A stretch of DNA of 64,000 nt from Octopus sinensis (lineage: Eukaryota), in NCBI RefSeq assembly GCF_006345805.1, contig NC_043016.1, positions 25,420,001 to 25,484,000 of the forward strand, given 5' to 3'. Positions 1 through 11,817 of the stretch are shown piece after piece. The translations under genes and the position numbers were made by a program. The notes under the pieces are model-generated. The model was not told where the DNA came from, made no database searches, and was given only the letters and a program-made list of their open reading frames with translations. Within the stretch, counting starts at the first letter, position 1. Every line of letters begins with the position of its first letter.

Positions 1-192
1 CCACGATTCGGATGGTGCTTTTTACGTGCCACCGACACGGAAGCCAGCCGAGGCGGCGCTGGCATCAGCCACGATTTGGATAGTGCTTTTTACGTATCTC
101 CAGTCCAGGGGTCCTGGCATCTGCTGGGTGCCAGTCATAGGATTGGTTCAATTTCGATTCCGATTTCACTTGCCCCAACAGGTCTTCGCAAG

Positions 193-195
<3 letters not shown>
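1..195 (-). mobile_element. RTE LINE 3' UTR fragment
   Basis: Reverse complement of the 3' UTR at 6280-6450; 5'-truncated end abuts a (TA)n run. Confidence 0.8.
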
Positions 196-233
<38 letters not shown>

Positions 234-599
234 CTTGCATATTTATACTTTCCATTCACCAGACTGATACACATTCATACATATTCACACACATACACAA
301 AACATGCATACACATGCACACACCTCCATCCATACACACACACACACATCCACACATACATACACTTCCATGCAGTCATACACATCTAACCCCCCCCCCA
401 TATACACACATGCACGCACATACACAATATCAATACAAATTCAAATACATACTCAACCTATGCACACACACATGCACACGCACACACACACACACACACA
501 TACACACACACATACACACACTACAAATCTGTAGGTGGCAGGAAAGAATCAGATCTCTGATGTTTTTGATTCTAAAGAACTTTTGCAATTTTTATCTTT

Positions 600-1236
600 A
601 TATTTTGGCCCAAGGCCAGCAATTTCAGGAGTAGGGTAATTTGATTACATTGACCCTGGTACTCAACTCGTACTTATTTTATCGACTCTCAAACATATGA
701 AAGGCAGAGTCGACATCGATAGCATTTTAACACAAAATGTAAAGATGGCTGAAATATTGCTAAATAGGCGCAGGAGTGGTTGTGTGGTAAATAGCTTGCT
801 TAAAAACTACATGGTCCCGGGTTCAGTCCCACTGCATGGCACCTTCGGCAAGTGTCTTCTACTATAGCCTCGGGTCGACCAAAGCCTTGTGAGTGGATTT
901 GGTAGACGGAAACTGGAAGAAGCCTGTCGTATATTTATATATATATATATATGTGTGTGTGCGTGTGTGTGTGTGTGCTTGTGTGTCTGTGTTTGTATCC
1001 CCCGACATCACTTGACAACCAATGCTTATGTGTTTATGTCCCTGTAACTTAGCGGTTCTGCAAGAGAGACCGATAGAATAAATACTTGGCTTACAAAGAA
1101 TAAGCTGTGTGGTCGATTTGCTCGACTAAAGGCGGTGCTCCAGCATGGCCACAGTCAAATGACTGAAACAAATAAAAGAATAAAAGAATAAATGTTATTC
1201 CTGTTGTATTAACAATTCTGCCAGCTCACTGCCTTA
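600..1236 (-). mobile_element. SINE family B, interrupted by a SINE A copy
   Basis: Contains tacttattttatcgac...tgaaaggcagagtcgac; head (ctgccagctcactgcctta) resumes after 1190. Confidence 0.7.
766..1190 (+). mobile_element. SINE family A, full length (tRNA-derived head, internal (TA)n(TG)n tract, (TAAAAGA)n-like tail)
   Basis: A-box-like tggttgtgtgg and B-box gggttcagtccc; more than 20 similar copies in this window. Confidence 0.9.
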
Positions 1237-1653
1237 AACCTTAGTAAATTATTCCGACGTTAAAGCAATAGAGGACAGAACTGAAGAATTGTTGCAGATT
1301 CCTGCATAGTTTAAGTTTACCAGAAGGAATCTACCTGGGAATCAGTATCCTTCAGCAATCAGTAACCTTCAGCGATCATCTCGTAATCACAATATGCACT
1401 CATTAGGGAAGATAATAACCATGAAATGAAAGAACCCTAAGAAACACACACACACACACAAATCTAGAAACATATACATCTGCTGATTGGAATGATAACT
1501 GCCAAGTAGCTGAACTCCACTGGGAAAATGTTACTCATCAATACCATATGGTGTGTGTGTATGTGTGTGTTCGTGTGTGTGTGTGTGTGTATGCATGTGG
1601 TGGTGGAGAGTGTTTAGTGGTGAAGATGTGGCAGATAACATAGGAAGTATTTC

Positions 1654-2389
1654 ATTAACACTTTTGTTACCGTATTTCTGTTGAAATATGTTAACCAAAC
1701 ACTGCCTTTGTTTCAATTGGTTTTGAAAATAATGAAGAATTTTGATAAGCAGGTGTTTGGAACATAAGTAATGAGGAAATTTTGATGGGAAGGTTTTAAT
1801 TTAGATCACTTTAACCCCTTTGTTACCATATTTCTGCTAAAATATACTCTCTTTTTACTCTTTTACTTCTTTCAGTCATTTGACTGTGGCCATGCTGGAG
1901 CATTGCCTTTAGTTGAGCAAATCGACCCCAGGACTTATTCTTTGGAAGCCTGGTACTTATTCTATCGGTCTCTTTTGCCAATCCAGTAAGTTACAGGGAC
2001 ATAAACACATAAGCATTGGTTGTCAAGTGATGTCGGGGGGACAAACACAGACACACAAGCACACACACACACATGCACACACGTATATATATACATATAT
2101 GACAGGCTTCTTCCAGTTTCTGTCTACCAAATCCACTCACAAGGCTTTGGTCGGCCCGAGGCTATAGTAGAAGATACTTTGTCCAAGGTGCCATGCAGTA
2201 CTACCTTTGTTTTAATCAATTTTGAAAATAACCAGAAATTTAGTGAAATAACTGTCATTTATAAGCTAGCGTTTGGGACATAAATTAACATGGAATTTTG
2301 ATAGATTTGAATTTAGTTCACATTAAAATAGGGAATTTATAGCATAGAGCCAAGGGCAATCTGAAGCAGGTTGGTATCAAGGGGATTAA
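1654..2389 (+). mobile_element. piggyBac-like TTAA MITE (partial copy plus full copy), interrupted by SINE A
   Basis: ttaaccc(c)tttgttacc start at 1811 and ggtatcaaggggattaa end; related copies at 21730-22515 and 31750-31916. Confidence 0.55.
1846..2200 (-). mobile_element. SINE family A (5'-truncated)
   Basis: Reverse complement of 766-1190. Confidence 0.9.
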
Positions 2390-2504
2390 TTGGCTACTAG
2401 AAATTCTTAGAAATTCTTATTATTTCTTTTATTATTGATGAATCGTTTCAGTGTCAGACAAAATACCTTGAAATATTTTAAGAGAGGGAGAGAGGAGCCC
2501 GCTT

Positions 2505-2507
2505 TAT

Positions 2508-2588
<81 letters not shown>

Positions 2589-2905
2589 ATATATATATAT
2601 ATATATATGTATATGTATATATATATGTGTTAGTATATATATATATGTGTATATATATATATATGATATATATATATGTATATATTATGTGTTATATATA
2701 TATATGTATAGTATATATATATGTACATATATATATATGTATATGTATATATATGGTGTTATAGTATATGTATAATAGTATATGTATATATAATATGTAT
2801 ATATATAGGTATATGTATATATATATGTGTATATATATATATGTATATGTATATATGTATATGTATATATATATGTATATATATATATGTATATATATAT
2901 GTATA

Positions 2906-2938
<33 letters not shown>

Positions 2939-2995
2939 GTATATATATGTGTGTGTGTGTGTGGGTGTGGTGTGTGTGTGTGTGTATGTATATAT
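2505..2995. repeat. Long degenerate (TA)n/(TG)n microsatellite
   Basis: Direct reading; source of the spurious YIYI ORFs. Confidence 0.95.
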
Positions 2996-2997
2996 AA

Positions 2998-3545
2998 TGC
3001 AGCATTGACGCAAAGCATTGTTTAGGTATGAGCAGAATGTAGTTAGATGAAATGTGTTTGTCACTTATTTCAACTGCTAAAAGGCAAATACACTGCAGTT
3101 GCCATGGAGAAAAATCTCTCTTATGGTAAAATGGTGTGAAAAGACCCAGTTTGTTCAGTGTCGCCATCTGTTAGGAATCTCAGACATTGATGTTTCAAGT
3201 TTTTTTGGCTCTTGTCAATGAGATGAACCAAGGAGAAGCAACCCTGAATGAACTTAATAAAGCTGTAGGTTTTAATATAATTCAGTCAACATGTTGACTG
3301 ATTTGTGCTAAGGGTAAATACACTGCAGATACTATGGAGAAAAATCTCTTTATTGGTAAAATGGTGAGAATATGTGACAAACATATTCAAATAACCAAAA
3401 CTATGCACATTCCTAAACACTGCTTTGTGCCAATGCTTTGTCATTTATTTGATTGGGTGATCTACCAGTGCAAATCAATGTGTTGACTGAATTATATATA
3501 AAGCTAAAGCTTTATTAAGTTCATTCAGGATTGCCTCTCTTAAGT
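2998..3545. mobile_element. Family D short element with internal direct and inverted duplications (PLE-terminus-like)
   Basis: 3000-3065 inverted at 3372-3440; 3235-3305 inverted at 3468-3540; related copies at 4141-4760, 34110-34420 and 49795-50030. Confidence 0.6.
3177..3224 (-). ncRNA. Minimal type-I hammerhead ribozyme motif, U3-A8 variant
   Basis: Minus strand reads atctca-TTGACAA-gagcc..ctt-GAAAC-atcaat-GTC-tgagat, with a perfect 6-bp stem I. Confidence 0.6.
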
Positions 3546-3554
3546 AAACCTCCA

Positions 3555-3960
3555 TCTTTCGGAGATGATAATTTACGTAGAACACGTTTTGTCACATCTG
3601 GGAAGAGTACAGCTATCAGCTGAGTCTGTGATTAAGAATGTTCCGCCTACCGGACTGTCCAAGGAAGGTGAGGCTTGTTTTCTGTGTACAGGTGCATTTA
3701 TGAAAGAGTGTGCATGGAGAACTAGAATACAAGGTAAGAAGTCAGGGATCTTCATCTCCGGCCCTGGAATGCTTTACAACTTCAGGTATCACCTGAAAAG
3801 CAAGATAGGGCTGGAAAGGAGACACCTGTCTAGAAGTATATATGAGAAAAGATGGAAGGATGTGGTAAGGAAGTTGGGAGTGAGTGTCCCTACTTAATCT
3901 ACCACGAGAAAAAAGAAAAAAGGATGTAGCCGTTGGACAGTAGACCAACAAGAAAAAAAT
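3555..3960 (+). mobile_element. L1/Tx1-like LINE ORF2 C-terminal remnant
   Basis: ORF 3565-3897 (YVEHVLSHLGRVQLSAESVIK...CAWRTR...RW) is related to 34430-34865 and is followed by an A-rich tract. Confidence 0.5.
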
Positions 3961-4140
3961 GTCAGGAAATCAAAATTTTTAATCACATAAATCATTTATT
4001 TTTAACTTAATATATTTTTGTTAAAAAAAAAACCGAACTGAAAAAAACTCGCTGAGTATTTCTTTATTAATGTTTTGTATTGTACTGTGCTGTCCTTCTA
4101 TATTAGATCTTATGATCATAATAAAGAAATCTCTCTTAAG

Positions 4141-4760
4141 TAAATCACTTTGACAAGAGTCATAAAACTTGAAACGTCGATGTCTGAGATTCCTAACAGA
4201 TGGCAACACAGAATGAACTCTGGATCTTTTTGGTTTGAACGGCAGTTTTTTCTAGCGGTGTCATATGAAATTGTCACCCATAATTATGACCCTAGTATCG
4301 ATCTATTGCATTTCAATCTGTTTTAGGGTTAGGTTAGGGGTAGGGGTGGGGGAAGGGTATTTTTTTTCTTCACAAATGTAAATAAATCAATCTGTTTCTT
4401 AAACGAGGGACATTTTCATACGGCAGAGAATGTTTTCACCTTAATAGACGTCATTGATTAGTTGAAATTGCAGAAATTGAAGAAAAAACAACAATAAATA
4501 TCTTACAAACTATAGAATTTTCTCAATAAAGCCAAGAGAAAAAGATGTTTTATAAACACATTCTACCAGTATACGAAGTTTAAAAGTGTTTAGTCATGTG
4601 GAAATTATTTTAAAAAACTGCCGGTCAAACCGAAAAGATCCTGAACTGTGTGTTTTCACACCATTTTACCATAAGAGAAATTTTTCTCCATGGTAACTGC
4701 AGTGTATTTGCTTTTTAGCAGTTGAAATAAATGACAAACATATTTCAATTAACCTAAATA
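4141..4760. mobile_element. Family D copy, inverted relative to 3050-3225 and split by a MITE
   Basis: ttgacaagagt...gaaacgtcgatgtctgagattcctaacagatggc, continuing at 4642-4760. Confidence 0.65.
4222..4641. mobile_element. 420-bp MITE with 30-bp TIRs and 8-bp TSD (Merlin-like)
   Basis: TIRs ggatctttttggtttgaacggcagtttttt / aaaaaactgccggtcaaaccgaaaagatcc; TSD tgaactct (4214-4221) / tgaactgt (4642-4649). Confidence 0.85.
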
Positions 4761-4763
4761 TAT

Positions 4764-6870
4764 ATGATGTTGGATCAAGTAATGAAGGTTACGGAGAGGT
4801 CATAGCCCAACTAATTAGAGAGAGAGTTAGTTTAGATGAGATGCAGTTTGGGTTCGTGCAAGGGAAAAGTACCACGGATGCTATATTCCTGGTAAGGCAG
4901 CGCAGGAGAAATACCTAGCCAAAGATAAGCCCCTGTACTGGCTTTTGTTGACATGGAGAAAGCTTTGATAGGGTCCCCCGATCCCTTATCTGGTGGTCAA
5001 TGAGGAAACTAGGGATAGATGAATGGCTGGTGAGAGGACTGTGCAAGCCATGTACAGAGATGCCGTAAGTAAGGTTAGGTTAGCAACATGTACACAGAAG
5101 AATTCAAAGTAGAGGTTGGGGTCCACCAGGGTTCAGTACTCAGCCCCCTCCTATTTATCATAGTCCTACAGGCAATTACGGAGGAATTCAAGACAGGTTG
5201 TCCCTGGGAGCTCCTCTACGCTGACGACCTTGATCTTATTGCTGAGTCACTATCAGAGCTGGAGGAGAAGTTCCAGGTGTGGAAGGAGGGTTTAGAATCG
5301 AGGGGCCTTAGAGTCAACCTAGCTAAAACCAAAGTACTAATAAGTAGGAAGGTAGACAATCCACAAATGTCTTCAGGAAGATGGCCCTGCTCGATCTGTA
5401 GAAAAGGTTGTAGGTAGAAACTCTATAAGATGTACCCAGTGTAAGCTATGGACACATAAGAGGTGCAGCAATGTCAAAGGTAGGCTAACTGGGAAGATAG
5501 TTTTTGTATGTGGCAGATGCTCAGGAGCATAACCACCGAAAATCTGCAGAAAATAACTTCAGTCACTTTTCCAAGGGAGGAAAAACTAGAAGTAGTTGAT
5601 AGCTTCCGTTATCTAGGTGACCAAGTCAGTAGTGGGGGTGGGTGCGCTGAAAGTGTAACTGCTAGAATAAGAATAGCCTGGGCAAAGTTTAGGGAGCTCT
5701 TACCTCTGCTGGTGACTAAAGGCCTCTCGCTCAGAGTAAAAGGCAGACTGTATGATGCGTGTGTACGAACAGCCATGCTACATGGCAGTGAAACATGGGC
5801 CGTTGACTGCCGAGGACATGCGTAAGCTCGTGAGGAATGAAGCCAGTATGCTCCGATGGATGTGTAATGTCAGTGTACATACTCGACGAGCGTTAGCACC
5901 TTGAGAGAATGTTGTTGTACTAGAGGCATCAGTTTGTGGTGTCAAGAGAGACGATTGCGCTGGTATGGTCATGTGGCGAGAATGGATGACGATAGTGAAG
6001 GAGAAAGTGCCAATCTTTAGCAGTTGAGGGAACCGTGAAGATGGTAGCCCAGGTAAACCTGGACGAGGTGGTGAAGCACGACCTTCGAACTTTAGCCTCA
6101 CTGAGGAATGACCAGCGACCGAGACCTTTGGAATATTCTGTATGTGAGAAGACCAGGCAGGACAAGTGAGCCCAGCACACTTATGAATGCCTTTCCTCCC
6201 TTGGACACAAAGACTGTTGAGGCAAGCGAAGTCGATATATAGAACCTCATCCGACGACAGGGCACCCATGCCAACCCCCTTTGCTTGCAAAGACATGTTG
6301 GGGCAAGCGAAATCGAATCGAAGTCAAAAGCGAATTGAACCAGCCAGGATCCCTGGTCTGGTGGTACGTAAAAGCACTATCCGACTCGTGACCGATGCCA
6401 GCGCCGCCTCGACTGGCTTCCGTGCGGTGGCACGTAAAATACACAATCTGACCGTAGACAGGCACCCATGCCAACCCCCTTGCTTGCGAAGACATGTGGG
6501 GCAAGCGAAATCAAAATCGAAATCGAATTGAACCACCAGGATCCCTGGGTTGGTGGTACGTAAAAGCACCATCCGACTCGTGGCCGATGCCAGCAACCGC
6601 CTCATCTGGCTTCCGTGCCGGTGGCACATAAAAACACCAATCCGACCGTGGCCGTTGCCAGCCTCGCCTGGCCACCTGTGCAGGTGGCACGTAAAAAGCT
6701 CCACTACACTCACGGAGTGGTTGGCGTTAGAAGGGCATCCAGCTGTAGAAACACTGCCAGATAAGACTGGAGCCTGGTGCAGCCTTCTGGTTCCAGATCC
6801 CCCGGTCGAACCGTCCAACCCATGCTAGCATGGAGAAACGGACGTTAAACGATGATGATGATGATGATGA
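4764..6870 (+). mobile_element. RTE-clade LINE, 5'-truncated (frameshifted RT plus 3' UTR and (GAT)n tail)
   Basis: Motifs QFGF, FVDMEKA, GVHQGSVLSPLLF, YADD (5217-5228), FRYLG and LHGSETW; ends ggacgttaaacgatgatgat. Confidence 0.95.
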
Positions 6871-6879
6871 TATATATAT

Positions 6880-7020
6880 TAGATGAGAGAGAGAAAGAGA
6901 GAGAGAGAAAGAAGAGGAGAGAGGAACAGAAAGAGAGAGAGAGAGAGAGAGAGAAGAGAGAGAAGAGACGAGAGAGAGGAGAGATAGGCAGAAGGAGAGA
7001 AGAGAGGAGAGAGCGAGAGA
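6880..7020. repeat. (GA)n-rich purine tract
   Basis: Direct reading. Confidence 0.9.
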
Positions 7021-7420
7021 TGCAGGCATGGCTGCGTGGTAAGGAATTGCTTCCCAACCAAATGGCAGCAGATTTAGTCTCACTGTGTGGCGTTTTTGCA
7101 AGCCACTTTTACTAAATCCTCAGGCTTGTCAAAGCCATGTGAGTGGACTTGATAGATGGAAACTGAAAGAAGCCCATTGTATCCATATATACATATGTGT
7201 GCGTGTGTGGAATGTGTGTATCCTGCACCACTGCTTGACAACTAGTGTTGGGTATTTATGTCTCTGTAACTTAGTAGTTTGGTAAAAGAGATCAATAGAA
7301 CAGTACCAGACTAAAAAAAGAAATAAGTATTGAGGCCAATTCATTTGACTAAAAATTCTTCAAGGCAGTGCCCCAGCATGGCTACAGTCTAATATGACTG
7401 AAATACGTAAAAGATAGAGG
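7016..7420 (+). mobile_element. SINE family A (diverged)
   Basis: Colinear similarity to 766-1190. Confidence 0.8.
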
Positions 7421-7436
7421 AAAATATATATATTAT

Positions 7437-7477
<41 letters not shown>

Positions 7478-7479
<2 letters not shown>

Positions 7480-7862
7480 TCATCATCATCATTTAACGTC
7501 CACTTTCCATGCTAGCATGGGTTGGACGGTTCAACTGGGGTCTGGCAAGCCCGAAGGCTGCACAGACCAGTCAGATCTGGCAGTGTTTCTACAGCTGGAT
7601 GCCCTTCCTAACGCCAACCACTCCGAGAGTGTAGTGGGTGATTTTATGTGCCACTGACACAGGTGCCAGACGAGGCTGGCGAACGGCCATGCTCGGATGG
7701 TGTTTTTTTTATGTGCCACCGACACAGGTGCCAGACGGGCTGGCAGACGCCACGCTCGATGGTGTTTTTTATGTGCCACCGACACAGGTGCCAGATGAGG
7801 CTGGCGAACGGACCCGATCGGATGGTGTTTGTTACATGCCCACAGCACGGAGGCAAATTCCA
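7478..7862 (-). mobile_element. RTE 3' end with about four tandem ~57-bp units
   Basis: (CAT)n tail next to (TA)n; repeated tttatgtgccaccgacacaggtgccaga. Confidence 0.85.
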
Positions 7863-7885
7863 TTGATGTTCATCTATTTTGATTT

Positions 7886-8283
7886 GAGGCGTAGGAGTGG
7901 CTGTGTGGTAAGTAGTTGGCTTACAAACCATATGGTCCTGGGTTCAGTCCCACTGCATGGCACCTTGGGCAAGTGTCTTCTACTATAGCCTTGGGCTGAC
8001 CAAAGCCTTGTGAGTGGATTTGGTAGACGGAAACTGAAAGAAGCCCGTCATATATATGTATACATATATATATGTGTGTGTGTGTGTGTGTTTTTGTCCC
8101 CCCAACATCACTTGACAACCGAAACTGTGTTTACGTTCTCCATAACTTAGCGGTTTGGCAAAAAGAGACCGATAGAATAAGTACCAAGGCTTACAAAGAA
8201 TAAGTCCTGGGGTTGACTTGCTCGACTAAAGGCAGTACTCCAGCATGGCCACAGTCACATGACTGAAACAAGTAAAACAGTAA
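7886..8283 (+). mobile_element. SINE family A, full length
   Basis: Colinear similarity to 766-1190. Confidence 0.9.
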
Positions 8284-8809
8284 ATACTAGCTTAAAAGCC
8301 TGTTGGGTTGCTTTTAAGCTAGTATACAGCTTTTAAGCAGCTGCCCCTGAATGGGAAGATCTGCAAACAGACCTCTGACTTGTTTTGGAGAATTTGTTGC
8401 AATTGCTTCTTCCAGAATCATATCCCAATGACATCATATTAAACGCAAAAATCAGGTAAAAAAATTGCCAAAAATAATTGCTGTATTTCACAATTAATTT
8501 TGATTATTTATTTCACAGTTATAAAAATTGTTATTATACAAAAAAATTCATCGCAAAAAATCGCGTAAAGAAATCGCTGGAAACAATTGAAGTAATGAAA
8601 ACTTGGGCATCCAATATTTCAGGATTGTGGGTCTGGATTTGACCCAGAATGTTTTTTATATAACTCATGGAGTTGCCCCGATTCCAAAATGCTATGATAT
8701 TTTGGGCTACGGCCTCTAGGAGTGAAGTTGAAATAGTGTGACCACTGACATTCGCATTTATTATGCTATATATATATGTATGTGTGTATATATCTCTATC
8801 TTTTATATA

Positions 8810-8851
<42 letters not shown>

Positions 8852-9483
8852 ATATATATATCTATATATATATGCATATATACAAAGATAGAGAAAGATC
8901 AGTCTTCTGGGTCACTGAGTAGAATAGTAATGGTGACATCATAAATTGGTTACAAGCCAAGATTAAAGATAACCAACATATCCATTAATCTATCATTCAA
9001 AGCTTCTAATGGATTAACTTATTGTTTTATGATAAGGAATGGTTTAGTCTATGACAAAAAACCAGGTTGTCTCTGAAGACCAGATTGACTTAGGAAGAAA
9101 AGACAAGCTCATTTCATTCTTTTATTTTGAGGTAAAGAAAGCAGAGTGGTTTTTCAACTGGACAGCTTGTTAATATGGGCAAAGCTCCTACATATATTAA
9201 TTTTCTTTTCCCTGAAATCCTACAACTAACATCCAAGAAAGGCTATGTAAGGACTTCAGGACACAAAAATATTCATTATAAGGATCTTTATGTTCTGAGT
9301 TCCAGGCTTGATTTAATTCATTACTGACTCCTGTTTTCCTGTTTACAAATTTCATTACTGTATCACAAAATTTCTGACTTCTTTCTTATTTTTACAAACA
9401 ATTATTCCTTGGTTGTCTTCTTCACTGCAACACTCAACGCTGTCTGTCAGTCTGCCTGCCTACCTGCTTGCCTGTCTGTCTGG

Positions 9484-9528
<45 letters not shown>

Positions 9529-9677
9529 TCTCTCTTCAGGATGTTCTTACTCAAATAGATTTACTTTGATATTCTTAATGAAGATCTTGATTCATGATTG
9601 GAATTTCATAATTAAATAAGAGGAATTTTGTTATTCCGCAACATTCCTAAAGAATTCTGTGATATCAAAATCATATC

Positions 9678-10460
9678 AATCAACCAATCAACCATACAAC
9701 CATCCAACCAGTTGACCAATCGATCAACTGACCAACTAGCTAACCAACTGACTGACCAACCAACCAACCAACCAATCAACCAACCAACAAACCAACCATC
9801 CAACCAACTAACCAATCAGCCAACCTATTTCTTTATTACCCACAAGGGGCTAAACATAGAAGGGACAAACAAGGACAGACATAGGTATTAAGTCGATTAA
9901 ATTGCCCCCAGTGCGTAACTGGTACTTAATTTATCGACCCCAAAAGGATGAAAGGTAAAGTTGACCTCGGCAGAATTTGAACTCACAACGTAACGGCAGA
10001 CCAAATACCACTAAGCATTTCGCCTGGTGTGCTAACATTTCAGCCAACCATCCAACCATCCAACCAGCCAACCAACCAGCCAGCCAACCAACCAACTGAC
10101 CGACCAACTAACCAACCAAACAACTATTCAACCAACTAACCAATCAACCAACTAATCAACCAGCCAACTAACTGACCGACCAGATAACCAACCAACCAAC
10201 CAACTGACCAGCCAACCAACTAACCAATGAACCAACTAACCAACTAAACACTCGACCAACCAACTGACCAACTGATCAACCAACCAAACAACTAACCAAC
10301 CGACAAACCAACTAACCAGCCAAACAACTGACCAACCAACCAACCAACCAACCAACCAACCAACCGATCAAGCAACCGACCAACCAACCAACCAACTGAC
10401 TAACCAGCCAGCCAGCTAACCAAGTGGCCAACCAGCTTATTAACTGACTAACCAGCCTAA
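9678..10460. repeat. Degenerate (CCAA)n tetranucleotide array split by a SINE B copy
   Basis: Direct reading. Confidence 0.9.
9826..10045 (-). mobile_element. SINE family B
   Basis: Reverse complement of 22534-22770 and 46329-46563. Confidence 0.85.
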
Positions 10461-10557
10461 CAGCCACATAAACAAAAGTAGACAAAAGTTGTCAAAGTCA
10501 CAGTATTTCTTAGCAAATTGTTTCCATAAAAAAATAATGGCATAGTTTCTTCATATA

Positions 10558-11750
10558 TCCTTTTATTCTTTTACATGTTTCAGTCATTTGACTGCAGCCA
10601 TTTTGGAGCACCGTCTTTAGTCGAACAAATCGACCCCAGGACTTATTCTTTGTAAGCCTAGTACTTATTCTATTGGTCTCTTTTGCTGAACCCCTAAGTT
10701 ACAGGGACACACCAATATCAGTTGTCAAGTGATGGTGGGGGTACAAACATAGATACACAAATATATACATATACATACATATATATGTATATATCTGTAT
10801 ATATCTGTGTGTGTGTGTGTGTATAATATAAATAATATATATATGCATATATGTGTGCATACTCTACAGAGTGTAAGTACCTTGAAAGAAAAGTTGGGCC
10901 TAAGAAGCATCATACGTGGTGTGCAAAAGAGATGACTACGCTGGTATGGTCATGTGGTAAGAATAGCTGTGTGAAAAAGTGCCACACCCTAGCAGTTGAG
11001 GGAACCTGTGGAAGAGGTAGACCCAGGAAGACCTGGGATGAGGTGGTGAAGCACGACCTTTGAACATTAGGCCTCACCGAGGCAATGACTAGTGACCGAG
11101 ACCTTTGGAAATATGCAGTGCGTGAGAAGACCTGGCAAGCCAAATGAGACCATAACCTCATGGCCTGTGCCAGGGGTGTAACCAGCCCACTTATGCATAC
11201 CTTTCCATCATTGGACACTAAACTCTGCTTGCAAAGACCTGTTGAGGTAAGTGAAATCGAAATTGAAATCAAATCAAATTTGCAAATTCAATGACTGGCA
11301 CCTGTGCCAGTGGGGCGCTAAGAGCACCATCTGAGCGTGATTGCTGCCAGAGCAACTGACTGGCTTCCGTGCCAGTGACACATAAAAAGTACCATTCAAA
11401 CGTGATTGTTACCAGTAAGGCACTTACTGGCACTTGTGCGGGTGGCATGTGAAAAATATTTGAGTGAGGTCGTTACCAGTGCTGCTGGACTGGCTCCTGT
11501 GCAGGTGGCATATAAAAACACGGCTTAAGTGGGGCTGTTGCCAGTACTGCCTGACTGGCCCTCATGCTGGTGGCACATAAAAGCACCCACTACACTCTTG
11601 GAGTGGTTAGCATTAGGAAGGGCATCCAGCTGTAGAAACTCTGCCAGATCAGATTGGAGCCTTGTGCAGCCATCTGGTTTGCCAGTCCTCAGTCAAATCG
11701 TCCAACCCCATGCTAGCATGGAAAGTGGGCGTTAAATGGTGATGATGATG

Positions 11751-11817
<67 letters not shown>

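Noticed and set aside
2435-3167. Long ORFs rich in YI/HT/CV or homopolymeric residues here and throughout (e.g. 26-634, 27730-28155, 47104-47503, 63122-63823)
   Set aside because: They are translations of microsatellites and show no coding signal.
4321-4351. Interstitial telomere
   Set aside because: Only one or two TTAGGG-like units, and they lie inside a MITE.
7630-7850. CRISPR-like repeat/spacer appearance
   Set aside because: The intervening segments are homologous to each other, lie in an RTE 3' UTR in eukaryotic DNA, and no cas genes are present.
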